From NCBI GenBank assembly GCA_039621445.1, contig CP154954.1:18772642-18836641 (forward strand): a stretch of DNA of 64,000 nt, in the 5' to 3' direction. The stretch comes from Euglena gracilis (taxonomy: Eukaryota). Positions 51,601 through 61,140 of this stretch are shown here, in pieces. The notes under the pieces are model-generated. The model worked only from the letters and a program-made list of their open reading frames with translations. It had not been told where the DNA came from and made no database searches. The position numbers and the translations under genes are program-made. Within the stretch, counting starts at the first letter, position 1, and every line of letters starts with the position of its first letter.

Positions 51601-53433
51601 AGTGCCAAAATCCCTTGTGTCAAGCCATGTGTTTTGCCCAGGCGTTTGATAAAGATTAAATGTCACCTGGGGGCCATCAGGTGGGTGTTTACGAACCACA
51701 AGAAAAAAAGCCACTGGCTCCCCCAGGGGGGGGTCCGGGAGTCTCCCCAAAATTCCATCCCCAGCGCTGCGCACCAAGGTGAAAATAAAATGATGTGTTT
51801 TTGTCTGAGCCTGTCTGATTGTTCCAAATTTTTTTGGTAATCCCGCAAATTGCCAAAAAATCAGCATTTTTGGCAGGTGTATTGGGGGCCGGTCACTGGG
51901 AAAATTTTTTCAGTAGAAAAATAGTCAATTAAAACCTGGAAAGGAAAAACCCGGAAAGGAGTGTGTGATAGTTGTCTAAAGTCCTTTGGGAGTCAGCAAG
52001 TTGACTCTCCCCAATGGTGGTGACTTCCACTAAAAGCAAAGAAAACCCAGAATAAGGCAACAGGGGGAAACACACCAATCTTGTCAACCAAATCGCCGTT
52101 TGCCCTCGTTCGCACTTCACCTGCTGCATATTCCAGAACACAAAAAGAATAGCGCTCAAAAACCAAAAATAGAAGGTCCTTTTGCTCTCCCTGCACAATG
52201 GAAACAAAAGAAGAAACACCCACAGCCGGCAAAAAAAAGTTTCCCCAACCTGTTTCTCCAACCAACCAAAATTTTTGCTCAGCACCTTCAAAAAAAAAAC
52301 GGTCTCAAGGGTCTCAAAAATTTAGCTCTGGGTCCAAAAAGTATTTGCACTTGTTCAGAAAAAAGTTGGACTCCGTCATTTTGTTTTTTCTCTGGAAAAG
52401 GGCCTCCCTCTGCACCAATGGAAAAAGGTTGATGGAAAAGGGTTGGGGTTGCAAAGGGCAACTGTGCAAAGCACCCAATCCAAATGCAAAAAATTTGGAA
52501 CGGAGGAAAATATTTTTAGGATTAGGTGCAAACTTTTCAAAATGAAATACAAACAAATTGGTGGTGTGTGCAAACTGTTTTGAGATAGAGTGCAAAAAAA
52601 TTGACCGGAAATGCAAAAATATATGGTGTGAAGTGCGAAAAAGTCGGTTGTTAGGTGTAAAAAAAACCCTGAAAAGCTTACACTTAGTGTCTGAAATGTT
52701 TGCCCACGGCTGGCAAAAATATTTGCCCCAACCCGAAAATTTTTTTGCCCAGCGTCCTCAAAAAAAATTGCCCAAAAGTCCCAAAAATATTTGCACTTGT
52801 TCGGAAAAAATCTGCACTCCGTCAATTGATCTTTGCTCAATGAAAAAGAGCCCCACACTGGACAATGGAAAAAGTTCCACACTGATTGAAGGTTCTGATG
52901 CGAAAACTGTGTCCAGAACGCCGGTTCGGGCGTAAAGCTGTGGCCCAGAACGCGGCGCTGTCTTGGCAACCGCCAGACATTAGCAATACAGACTGAAATC
53001 CAGTAATGTCTGGAGAATTCAAGACAGGAAAATGGGTTGGAAGCTGGAATTCGGTTCAAAGCCAGGCTCACCCCCATGGCAGGAAAAAGTGGGCAGGACA
53101 AGGCATTGTAAAGCCGCTTTCAGGTCCCGAAAACCTTGGTCAGGGAGGCATCAAATGTCAAACGAGAAAGCGAAACGAACCAATGGTCTGTATGTCTGCA
53201 TGAAGATGATCCTCCCATACAAAGGAATGTCCAAAATGGGTTGTAGCCCTTCTGAGGCAACGGTGTGGATGTTCAGGCGGGTGCACTTGCTACAGATAGA
53301 TGGGAGAAAACAGCTCAAGTCTTTTGGCAAACCTCACAATCAAGTTCAGGTCAGTGGGAGATGTGAAATTGGATGTCAAGCAGCGGGTTGCAGCCGTTGG
53401 TTTGTGGGCTGTAACCACATAGTTGAAAGCCAT
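91..53433 (-). CDS. DDB1: DNA damage-binding protein 1 (DDB1), 32 exons in window, 3' end outside window
   Basis: Exons are colinear with DDB1 as recalled: [125 protein letters not shown]. Splice phases were checked by hand. Confidence 0.96.
310..368 (-). CDS. DDB1: DDB1 exon 31 ([19 protein letters not shown])
   Basis: AG/GT boundaries. Confidence 0.9.
836..943 (-). CDS. DDB1: DDB1 exon 30 ([21 protein letters not shown]...VAEKDIK)
   Basis: AG/GT boundaries. Confidence 0.93.
961..1068. repeat. (GT)/(GCGT) compound microsatellite
   Basis: Seen directly. Confidence 0.9.
1790..1882 (-). CDS. DDB1: DDB1 exon 29 ([30 protein letters not shown])
   Basis: AG/GT boundaries. Confidence 0.92.
2083..2399. 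mobile_element. MITE, CAGGGCGGTCC family
   Basis: 16-bp TIR with 1 mismatch; TSD GGGATGCC. Confidence 0.9.
3779..3850 (-). CDS. DDB1: DDB1 exon 28 ([23 protein letters not shown])
   Basis: AG/GT boundaries. Confidence 0.88.
5692..5774 (-). CDS. DDB1: DDB1 exon 27 ([27 protein letters not shown]), variable loop
   Basis: AG/GT boundaries, phases fit both neighbours; weak homology. Confidence 0.7.
6882..6945 (-). CDS. DDB1: DDB1 exon 26 ([21 protein letters not shown])
   Basis: Starts within a TSD; GT donor. Confidence 0.88.
6951..7312. mobile_element. MITE-like element acting as DDB1 nonconventional intron 25
   Basis: Imperfect TIR CAGGG(G/T)TC...ATA; TSD CCCCCAGC at 6943-6950 and 7313-7320; body resembles 49310-50577. 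Confidence 0.9.
7316..7363 (-). CDS. DDB1: DDB1 exon 25 ([16 protein letters not shown])
   Basis: AG acceptor; ends within a TSD. Confidence 0.9.
8035..8115. repeat. (CG)n(CA)n microsatellite
   Basis: Seen directly. Confidence 0.95.
8116..8203 (-). CDS. DDB1: DDB1 exon 24 ([11 protein letters not shown]...[11 protein letters not shown])
   Basis: AG/GT boundaries. Confidence 0.9.
8635..8670 (-). CDS. DDB1: DDB1 exon 23 ([12 protein letters not shown])
   Basis: Matches NHKLVFSNVNLK; GT donor; non-AG acceptor inferred. Confidence 0.85.
9215..9368 (-). CDS. DDB1: DDB1 exon 22 ([15 protein letters not shown]...[14 protein letters not shown])
   Basis: AG acceptor; nonconventional donor inferred. 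Confidence 0.88.
9984..10478. mobile_element. MITE, CAGGGCGGTCC family, with nested element at about 10025-10248
   Basis: TSD CGATGAAG/CAATGAAG; nested element carries AATAACCTGGC repeats. Confidence 0.8.
10952..11111 (-). CDS. DDB1: DDB1 exon 21 ([27 protein letters not shown]...)
   Basis: AG/GT boundaries. Confidence 0.92.
11818..12845. mobile_element. 1-kb non-autonomous TIR element
   Basis: 19-bp TIR CAGGGATCCTCACA(T/C)TTCC; subterminal CCGTGATTTT 10-mer arrays; TSD unclear. Confidence 0.75.
12892..12970 (-). CDS. DDB1: DDB1 exon 20 ([26 protein letters not shown])
   Basis: AG/GT boundaries. Confidence 0.9.
13666..13747 (-). CDS. DDB1: DDB1 exon 19 ([27 protein letters not shown])
   Basis: AG/GT boundaries. 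Confidence 0.92.
14524..14952. mobile_element. MITE, CAGGGCGGTCC family, with internal foldback duplication
   Basis: TSD CCCCCAGC/CACCCAGC. Confidence 0.8.
15359..15439 (-). CDS. DDB1: DDB1 exon 18 ([26 protein letters not shown])
   Basis: Starts within a TSD; GT donor in phase with exon 19. Confidence 0.85.
15445..15938. mobile_element. MITE-like element acting as DDB1 nonconventional intron 17
   Basis: Ends CAGGGGCTTTTT...AAAAAATCTCTG; TSD CCCAGGGC at 15437-15444 and 15939-15946. Confidence 0.85.
15942..15988 (-). CDS. DDB1: DDB1 exon 17 ([15 protein letters not shown])
   Basis: Homology to the NISVASCN region; flanked by non-canonical introns. Confidence 0.78.
17012..17071 (-). CDS. DDB1: DDB1 exon 16 ([20 protein letters not shown])
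   Basis: AG acceptor; 3' boundary uncertain by a few nt. Confidence 0.85.
19227..19325 (-). CDS. DDB1: DDB1 exon 15 ([19 protein letters not shown]...FFVQ)
   Basis: AG/GT boundaries. Confidence 0.88.
20173..20227 (-). CDS. DDB1: DDB1 exon 14 ([18 protein letters not shown])
   Basis: Starts within a TSD; GT donor. Confidence 0.85.
20233..20444. mobile_element. MITE-like element acting as DDB1 nonconventional intron 13
   Basis: 16-bp TIR CAGGCTT(C/G)TTTTTAAG; TSD GAGAGCAC at 20225-20232 and 20445-20452. Confidence 0.9.
20448..20526 (-). CDS. DDB1: DDB1 exon 13 (MWSLL...AKYLV)
   Basis: AG acceptor; ends within the TSD of a nonconventional intron. Confidence 0.85.
20943..21051 (-). CDS. DDB1: DDB1 exon 12 ([36 protein letters not shown])
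   Basis: AG/GT boundaries; highly conserved motif. Confidence 0.95.
24248..24339 (-). CDS. DDB1: DDB1 exon 11 ([26 protein letters not shown])
   Basis: AG/GT boundaries; highly conserved motif. Confidence 0.93.
24691..24999. mobile_element. MITE, CAGGGCGGTCC family
   Basis: TIR; TSD CTTTTTCC. Confidence 0.9.
26415..26514 (-). CDS. DDB1: DDB1 exon 10 ([29 protein letters not shown])
   Basis: AG/GT boundaries. Confidence 0.92.
27075..27729. mobile_element. Two adjacent foldback MITEs
   Basis: TIR pair CCCCCAATTAGAAGCCCCC (about 27075-27500) and TIR pair ATGGCCCCCCCAGGGGG (about 27503-27728). Confidence 0.6.
28370..28710. mobile_element. TA-flanked MITE (Tc1/mariner-like)
   Basis: TA-CAGCTAA...TTAGCTG-TA; internal inverted GGCCAAAAT repeats. 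Confidence 0.65.
29261..29354 (-). CDS. DDB1: DDB1 exon 9 ([15 protein letters not shown]...DVIGE)
   Basis: AG/GT boundaries. Confidence 0.92.
30179..30327 (-). CDS. DDB1: DDB1 exon 8 ([19 protein letters not shown]...WCRIDNQ)
   Basis: AG/GT boundaries. Confidence 0.92.
30587..30658. repeat. (TA)n microsatellite
   Basis: Seen directly. Confidence 0.95.
30677..31044. mobile_element. Element with ATGGCACAAAGT ends and (TATGGGG)n arrays
   Basis: TSD ACATGTAT/ACATATAT. Confidence 0.75.
31221..31918. mobile_element. CAGGCC...GGCCTG MITE hosting a nested CAGGGCGGTCC copy (about 31238-31551)
   Basis: TSD CCAGGTAC/GCAGGTAC. Confidence 0.75.
33534..33633 (-). CDS. DDB1: DDB1 exon 7 ([14 protein letters not shown]...[11 protein letters not shown])
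   Basis: AG/GT boundaries. Confidence 0.9.
35096..35214 (-). CDS. DDB1: DDB1 exon 6 (LEKPAAV...[12 protein letters not shown]), 5' boundary uncertain
   Basis: Homology at [10 protein letters not shown] donor in phase with exon 7. Confidence 0.75.
36305..36409 (-). CDS. DDB1: DDB1 exon 5 (GLLKVIPI...[16 protein letters not shown]), 3' boundary uncertain
   Basis: AG acceptor and clear homology; no convincing in-frame GT donor. Confidence 0.8.
37384..37457 (-). CDS. DDB1: DDB1 exon 4 ([24 protein letters not shown])
   Basis: AG/GT boundaries, phase consistent. Confidence 0.9.
44409..47948. mobile_element. 3.5-kb composite element with ATGGCACGAAG ends and telomere-like arrays
   Basis: TSD CCTAGGGG; empty site present in the inverted host copy near 59735. 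Confidence 0.75.
49310..50577. mobile_element. MITE with perfect 18-bp TIR carrying a nested insertion
   Basis: TIR CAGGGTTTGATATAAGGA; TSD CCCAGGGG at 49302-49309 and 50578-50585. Confidence 0.9.
49638..50461 (-). mobile_element. Probable 5'-truncated non-LTR retroelement
   Basis: 12-bp direct repeat CCCCTGGCAGGT on both sides; (CCAAA)n tail; degenerate CPLC motif. Confidence 0.55.
52076..52190 (-). CDS. DDB1: DDB1 exon 3 ([21 protein letters not shown]...ANGDLVDKI)
   Basis: AG/GT boundaries; followed by a 14.6-kb intron. Confidence 0.92.
53181..53289 (-). CDS. DDB1: DDB1 exon 2 ([36 protein letters not shown])
   Basis: AG/GT boundaries, phase consistent. Confidence 0.92.
53333..53433 (-). 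CDS. DDB1: DDB1 exon 1 ([33 protein letters not shown])
   Basis: ATG at 53433; followed by a 43-nt GT-AG intron. Confidence 0.92.
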
Positions 53434-56400
53434 TGGCCCCAAAAGTAGGCCTGTCCAACTGCAATAATAATCACACTGTTGCTGTGACACAAAGCAAGGA
53501 ACCTTCGGATGACCTGATGGCTGGGTTGGGCAGGCATTATTTTAAATGGTGCAGGGGGGGCTTTGCAGGTTTCCTGGCCACCAGAGCAAAACAGTATCAA
53601 TGGAAGGTTTGGAAGGAGAAATAAAAGCGAACAAATTGGAGTCAACTGATAAAATGTTCTGGGGTGATGTGTAAGCCTCTGGGTGGCAAAATGTTGTCCA
53701 CCTGGGGGGCAGGTAACTCCCAACCCTAACCGTATTCCTTCCCATGACCCTTTACAGACCCAGAAGAGAGAAATCTCAAAAAAAAAGGGGATTCTTTTGT
53801 GCGCCTCAAAAATAATGCCTCGTGGGGGTCCTCAAATTTGGTTCATTTGCACCAACACAGAGGCCGACCCCGGGGGGGGGTCCAACATGGGAGATCAGGC
53901 AGCAGACTTTGACAAGGGGTGAAGGACTCTGTGTTTTTTGGGTGATTATGGGGTTATTGAAGGAGCAGGGGGGCGACTGCAGTACAGTTGGGGTTTTTTG
54001 GGGACCCCCCCCTCCCCCCCCCCCGTACAGTTGGGATTTTTGGGACCCCCACCCCCCCGAGACAGATGAAAATTTTGACACCAAAAATGGCCTTTTTAGA
54101 CCAAAAAAAGGTCCTAAAATTTTTTGGCCAATTTTTGAGGGGGGTTGGCAGTAAGTTGGGACCCCAGGACCCCCCCCCTGTGTTGAGACAGTACAGCAAA
54201 AAGTGCCAAAAAAATGCAAAAAAAAACTGACCTCGGGACCGGACCCCCCCTCCCCCCCCACCTGCCAAAGCTCCAGGGTTAGGGCAATATGGCCATGGCA
54301 TGGCGATGTTGCCCTAACCCTACTCCCCATAATCCCACAATCACCCATAATCCCCATAATCACCCAAAAAATAGGGCGTCGTGCGACAACCGAAAAGGCC
54401 GTCGTGCGAAAACAGATAAGTGCCCGAGTTCACCGCAAGAGCACTTTTTGGCCAAAAATGGTTAGGGTCAGGATGCATCGCACAACAACGGCCCCTACAG
54501 GATACCAGCTACCCCAAAGAGCCGCCCAACCAGGGTCACCCTCACCCCCCCCCTCAAATAACCAAAACTTTTTGGCAATTTGGTTTATCCCCCCCAAAGT
54601 GGCCATTTCCCTTCAGCAACAAAAGGCGCAGAAGGCCAAAATTTGCCCCCCCCCTCCTGGGTGGCCATTTTGGGGTCCCACGGTGCCTGGAGGGCGGCCA
54701 CTTTGAGCGGGGGGGGGGTGAGGGTTATACACATCGGGGGACCCTCGCTCGGCGCCTCGCTCGGGTCCCCCCATCTTTTTAACCCTGGTTGGGCGGCTCT
54801 TTGCAGCGTTTTTTGGACGGGGGGGCAAAAATTTTGAAATGAGTGTGCAAAAATTTTTGGGAAGGGAGGCAGAAAAAAGGAGAGACCGGGCAAAATATAG
54901 TGAGTGTTAGCTGTAAGATTCTCATGCAAACAGTTGCACCCTTCCCGCTCAACATCGTTATATTTGCCGCTCCCGGGTACTCAGTGAACCCAATGTGCCA
55001 ATACGGCAGGGCCATATTCCACAAACCCTAACCCTATCCCCCCCTTCAAAAAATAACCACAAAAACCACCCAAAACGGCTGAAAGAGACCCCAAGGGAAA
55101 GCATTCTGGCCGTTCCAAGGGCGTCGTGCGATAACCAAAAGGGGGGGGGGTGTCGTGCGATAACAGACAAGTACCGTTGATTTTTACTGTTTAGGCATTC
55201 ATCCGCACCTCTCATTCTTTCCCCAAACACAGTTGAAGGTTTTTTTTGTAGGGTATCAAACAAATTTCCTTCTGGAGAGCTGTCTGCAACATTCTGTGAA
55301 ATTTCAATTGTTATTATTTGGATTTGGATTGATGATCACATTTATTTGTCGTATTTCTGTTAATTTATGCTGATTCTGTTGAACGTTTCCTTTTCACATT
55401 AACGGAAAAAAATTCTTTTACAGTTGGCAAAAGTTTCGGATCTCAAGGGCAAAAGTGATGGGATTTGTGGCAAAAAAATTGACCCGGGTGGCAAAATATT
55501 TTTTGGAACCCTGGCAAAAGTGAGGGGTCCAGGAGGCACTGTATTTTGGGACGGGGCAGAATTTGGAGGGGTTAGCTATAACCCCACTAACCCTACTCCT
55601 TCAAAACCCCATCATACCCCATTTCTGACCTCAAGGGAACCGACTTGTGAAATTTGGAGATGGCAGTTGTTTATCTAACAAGTTCCCAAAATCCCTTGCC
55701 AAACCATTTTGGGCCTCAGATTAACTGCTTTTCGGGTGTTTTTGGATGTTTCTTTGTGTAAAACTGTTTTGATATTTTTGAAAAAATCACTGTTTGTTCC
55801 AAATAAAAAGTGTTCTTACCCACCCGTTTTGCATTTTCTTGGCGTTTCAACCACACAGTCCCCTTTGGGATGAAGTGGATCAAACAAATCACATTCGCCA
55901 TATACACGTGGGCTGCAGCATGGGAAAATCACGGTCAAAAATGTGTGGGAACATCATGAAATCCACCAAATGGTGGGGCATTTGCTGGACTTTGTGGAAG
56001 TTACGATTTCTGAAAGTAAATAGGCCAAAATGGTCGGATTTGGGCTGGCCAGGGCAAATTTGGGGTCAAGCAAAAGAAGTTGTTTTCATAATTGACTTTT
56101 TTGGGAGGGGCTTTTTGCAGTTTCAAATTTTTTTGGCACCCATTCCAGCCAGGGGGCCCCATTCGGGTCAACCTGCAGCCCATTTCCAGCCTGCCCAATT
56201 TTCGAGTTGCGCTTGCGCTGTTCCCAAATGCGCAAACAAGAACAAAAGAAATAATTATTGCCTGACTGTTTTTTATCCTTGTTGATGGTTTGCAGTGATT
56301 GCTGCATGCTGCATTTGTGTGAACGTGAACCTTAATGGAGCAAGGCAGCAAGCCACACGAGAAGGATGGGGTGCCAAGGGTAATGTTGAATGACGATAAT

Positions 56401-56477
56401 TTCATTAGGATTTCCCAAAGCATGTCCCTTTTTGCAACTCTTTTTATTTGAGAAACATTTCCCGATCGCAGGGCATC

Positions 56478-56549
56478 GGTCTTATAGTGTAGCGGTTAGC
56501 ACATGGGATTCTGATTCCCATAACCCCGGTTCGAATCCGGGTAGGACCT
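56478..56549 (+). tRNA. tRNA-Gln (anticodon CTG)
   Basis: 72-nt cloverleaf: acceptor stem GGTCTTA/TAGGACC, D arm GTGT/GCAC, anticodon arm TGGGA-TTCTGAT-TCCCA, T arm CCCGG-TTCGAAT-CCGGG. Confidence 0.95.
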
Positions 56550-56551
56550 GG

Positions 56552-56557
56552 TTTTTT
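56552..56557 (+). terminator. Pol III oligo-T terminator
   Basis: T6 run 2 nt after the tRNA. Confidence 0.7.
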
Positions 56558-57846
56558 GCACTTTTTTTGCCCCAACGGGGTATTCCTAATTGCATGAAAC
56601 AGCATCCGAATCACATCCCCTGGCCGCATCCGACCGGCCTGCCCACTCCAAACCATCTCTGCCTAACCCTTACTTCCCCTTCCCCTGAACCTATCTCCTA
56701 CCTTAACCTATCTCCTATCTTTGACACAATCAGATACACACTCGCTTAACTGCGCCTGCCCGAAAGAGCCACAGACCGTATGCTCTTATCCACGTGATAA
56801 TTCACCCTGTCTCTGGTGCCCTCACACCCCCCTCTCTTTTTCCCCTCCTCTACCTTTCACACTGGTCCTCTGGACCATCACACATAAACCTGCACTCCCA
56901 AACCCCCAACCTTGAGCTTTGCTCAAGCATCCGCTCCCTCACTCGTGCTTGGTATTTGTACATACTCCTAACCATCTAGCACTTCCCTTGAACGCGCCAC
57001 TTCTGTACATAGCCTTGCTCTCCTGAACTCGTCAAATCCAGTGAACTCCCCTAATAAGTGCACGAGTGCGCACTTAGCGCTTATTTGGGCACTGCACACT
57101 TTTTTCGGCAAAGCCAAAAATGCTCACTTTCCCCCAAGGTTGACGGCTTGTTTTTTTTTGAAACAAAAAAAAACATGTTTTTTTAAAAAAAAATATGTTT
57201 TTTCAAAAAAACAAAAAAATGTCATGGAGGGTTTGGGGGAAAATTTTTTGCAGTGTTTTTTTTTTGGAAAAAAGTTCATTTTTTATTTCTGCAGCATTCA
57301 TTTTTTGATTTTTTGGGGTTGAAAGCATGATTTTTTGCACCAGAAAACACAGATTTGGAAATATTTTCACACATAAAAAAACTTTAGAGGGGGTATTCCC
57401 CCTGTGACCCCCCCCCCGACCCGACCTGAAACCGTGTTTGGGCCGATTTCGAGACATTAAAAGTCTTAAATCTTCGCCCAAAACACGGTTTCAACCAAGA
57501 ACAGTGTTTTGGGCCAATAACATTCCCCATTGTATGGGTAGGCGGAGGTTTGGTGCTTGTGCTTATTTTCTATTTGAAAATGTCTCAGATTCAAAATTTC
57601 GAAGATTTGGAAAAAAAACTGAATCGGACAACCTTCTCCTGCAGATCAATTTTCAAATACTGTCACTGAGAACCAAAAGGAAAACGAAGGAATGCTGGGG
57701 TGCTGTGTGAGTGAATTGTGTTTAACAAGAAGGTTCCCAAAATCAAAACAGCGGAATAGATGAAAATATCGAACTTAAGAAATAAAGTTTTGGAGCAGCA
57801 AAATGAATTGTCAGCTTGGGTCATTGGCAGATGGCCGGGCCTGCTT

Positions 57847-58024
57847 GCCATACATCAACTCTGGCTTCGGCCGCTTATTCTGCATGTAGGTCATGAATGA
57901 GTGGAGGTCGAGCTGGCCTCTCTGCTGGGCGTCCACTGCCTCAAACATCCGGTCGATGTCCACATCATGGCTCGGGTAATTCAGGTAGCGGCACAGCCGC
58001 TGCAGCTCGGCCCGATCCAACTCA
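57847..58024 (-). CDS. EF-hand protein exon (ELDRAELQRLCRYL...FEAVDAQQRGQLDLHSFMTYMQ), 3' boundary approximate
   Basis: Completes the loop DTDGSGELDRAE and contains a second EF-hand-like loop. Confidence 0.8.
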
Positions 58025-58537
58025 AAGCGCAGATCCATCAGCACCGAACCATCAAAAAAAGATTGATTGAGATAATTCCAAACTGGGGTGAGAAATTTGG
58101 CACGAGAAGATTGAAACAAACCTGGAACTGGGAGGTATTTTGTCTATAAAAAAAAAACTTCAAAATAAAAATGGGTGACACCATTATCCAATTTTGCCAC
58201 AAAATTTGTCCTTCTTTTCATTTTTCTTGTGCAACCCATCCTCCCAACCATATCTTTTTCAACAAAAACAATGAGGAAAATTCATCTGATGACCTTTAAT
58301 TGTCCATCATCAGATGCCATTCGTAGGAACTTCATTTTCTTTTCCAACTTTCCTACCGCCTCCCTCCGTCTACCAACTACAGCTGCCGGTGCTGCTGCTG
58401 CTGGTGCTACGTATCCTCCCCACAGTCTCTTCCGTCAATGCTTCTGATTTTCAAGCCATTTAACACGACACCTCACATCTCCTCACGCCAGCACCTGAAA
58501 CGATGGTCCCACACCTCCGCCGATGGATCCACTGGCG

Positions 58538-58714
58538 CCACTGCCATCCGTGTCAAACGTCACGAACTGGCAGAGCACATGGTCGTAGTCGTCCTGCGAC
58601 ATCCCGTACTGGGTCCAGGGGCGGCTGGGGTCGACCTTGACAGTGGCCACCGGGGCCGGGACTGGCATGGGGGCAGGGGGAACCCCCAGGCTGGGGGCGG
58701 CTGGCGTTGCCTTG
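58538..58714 (-). CDS. EF-hand protein exon (Pro/Ala-rich segment then ...QFVTFDTDGSG), 5' boundary approximate
   Basis: GC3-rich codons; first half of an EF-hand loop. Confidence 0.75.
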
Positions 58715-59295
58715 CTTGCATTGGATATTTCCACCCAAAAATTAGGATTACCCCAAAATTTGAAGTTGGATAGGATTGCCACGCAAAATTTGAAGTTTAC
58801 ACCTAAACTTAGGCATATCCCTTCCAAAAATTAGATATCACACCCAAAGATCGGCAGTGCTCCCCCAAGATTTGGAGTTTGCTTCCCAAATTACCATCCG
58901 TACTATTCCCCCCCCCTCGTACTCTTCCCATCCCCGGTTTGGAAAGAGTACGATGGTGGGGCACTTTTTCCCACGGGGCCACCATGCTTCAAACGATTTC
59001 CTTTGAGGTCCATGGGAAGAGTACGGGGGGGGGGGACATAGTCCCCCCCCCGTACTATTCCCCACCGTACTCTTCCCATGGGGCTCAGAAGGCGCCCAAG
59101 GAGGGGAAGAGTTCAGGGGGAGGCATGGTAGGCATTTGTCACTCAAAGTTAGGAATTGGCCAACAAATTAGGCATTTGCCTCTCAAATTTCAGTAAAATT
59201 TTCACCCGAAATTTGGCATTTGCCACTCAAAATTAGGAATTTATACATGCAATTAGGAATTTCCACTCAAATTCAAGAATTGGCACACTAAAATT

Positions 59296-60260
59296 TACTA
59301 CAAAAAAGGGGTGGCGGACGCCGGTTCTGTCCAAAACCCGGCGTTCCAAACGCCGGTTCCGTCCTTCGGACGGAACCGGAACCGGCGTTTGGAACGCCGG
59401 GTTTTGGAGAACCGGCGTCCGCCACCCCTTGTTTAAAGCGGCGTTTTAGAGACGCCGGGTTCAGGACAGAACCGGCGTCCCCACCCTTCGGTCAAAGGAC
59501 ACTCCCAGGACCAATCTCCGACTACTTATCTGCAATGTCACGCCACCTTGCATTTCACCAAATTCCGGCGATCGCGAGGGTATTTCTGGCTGTGTCGATC
59601 GTCTGGGTACAAACTCACCCCTCAATCGAAAGCTCTTTTCATCAGACGACTGGCGATCACCACCAAATTCAGCCACGCCGCCTGGAGCTCTTACTTTCTG
59701 TCACTGGGAAATCCTAATTTCACAACTCTGGTGCCCCCCGGGACCCCTCAGGTGGTCGCTTCGAAGAGAAGAAACGTTTCTGTAAGGTTTATTCAGCATC
59801 TTAAACCAAAAATCACTGAAAACTACCACAATTTTCGACTAAGATTCTGGCCGATCCGACGATCGCGAGCGTATCTCTGGCTGCGTGCAACGTTAGGGTA
59901 CCAAGTTACCCCTCGATCGAAAGCTCTTTTCAACAGACGACCAGCGGTGCTCATCAGATCTTTCCACGCCGCACGGTACTCTTTATCAAAATCTGGGCCA
60001 ATTTCACCAAATTTGGACATCCACCCCACTGGTCCCCAAATGGCAAAAATCATTGTCCTACATGGTTAAAACAGTCATACCAGGAGCTTTGGGCCACTTT
60101 TGGGCACTTTTGGTGGCATTTTTAGGAATGAAAATCGGACGCCGGGTTTTGGACAAAACCGGCGTTCCTAACGCCGGGTTTTAGGACAGAACCGGCGTCC
60201 GAAAACCCGTGGGGGGGGACGCCGGTTCTGTCCTGAACCCGGCGTCTCAAACGCCGGTTT
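59296..60260. mobile_element. Hairpin-ended repeat, intact copy (interrupted inverted copy at 43881-48353)
   Basis: Colinear reverse-complement match to 43881-44400 plus 47958-48353. Confidence 0.7.
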
Positions 60261-60369
60261 AAGAATTTGCCTCTCAAAATTTGGAACTGGAATACCAAAT
60301 TAGGCATTTGCCACCCGAAACAAGCTTAACAACCTGAGCCGGCTTCGATCGCCCCAGCCGTGTGCTCCC

Positions 60370-61140
60370 CAAAAGGATTTGCCCCTAAAACGAGCTGGAC
60401 ACGCAAGGGATTTTGTTATTGGGGAGCCTCCAACAGTTGAGCAACACAAGGGATTTGGCCACCAAAACGACTTGGCAACACAAGGGATTTTGTTATTTTG
60501 GGGCACTTGAACAGTTGAGCAACACAAGGGATTTGCCCCCCCCCCCAAACGGGTTTGAAACACAAGGGATATGCCCCTAAAACGACCTGGCAACACAAGG
60601 GATATTGTTATTTTGGGGCCCTCAAACAGTTGAGCAACACAAGGGATTTGCCCCCCTCCCAAATGGGTTTGAAACACAAGGGATGTGCCCCTCATATGAG
60701 CAACGTAAGGGAGTTGCCCCTCAAAACGGGTTTGAATTACAAGGGATTTTCTCCCCAAAACGACTTGGCAACACAAGGGATTTTGTTATTTTGGGCCCTC
60801 AAACAGTTGAGCAATACGAGGGATTACCCCCCAAAACAGGTTTGAAACACAAGGGATTTGCCCCCGAAAACGACCTGGCAACACCAGCTATTTTGTTATT
60901 TTGGGGCCCTCGAACAGTTGAGCAACATGAGGGATTTGCGCCCCCCCCCCCCAAATGGGTTTGAAACACAAGGGATGTGCCCGTAAAACGACCTAGAAGA
61001 GTTGAGCAACGCAAGGGGTTTGCCCTCAAAACAGGTTTGAATTACAAGGGATTTCCTCCCCAAAACGACTTGGCAACACAAGGGATTTTGTTATTTTGGG
61101 GCCCTCGAAGAGTTGGGCAAAAGGGATTTGGCAACACAAG
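60370..61140. repeat. Degenerate tandem repeat (CAACACAAGGGATTT core)
   Basis: Motif recurs many times; resembles the 110-bp unit in opposite orientation. Confidence 0.8.

Noticed and set aside
53434-53453. Spliced-leader trans-splice acceptor 17 nt before the ATG
   Set aside because: Plausible for a euglenozoan, but an AG alone is insufficient evidence
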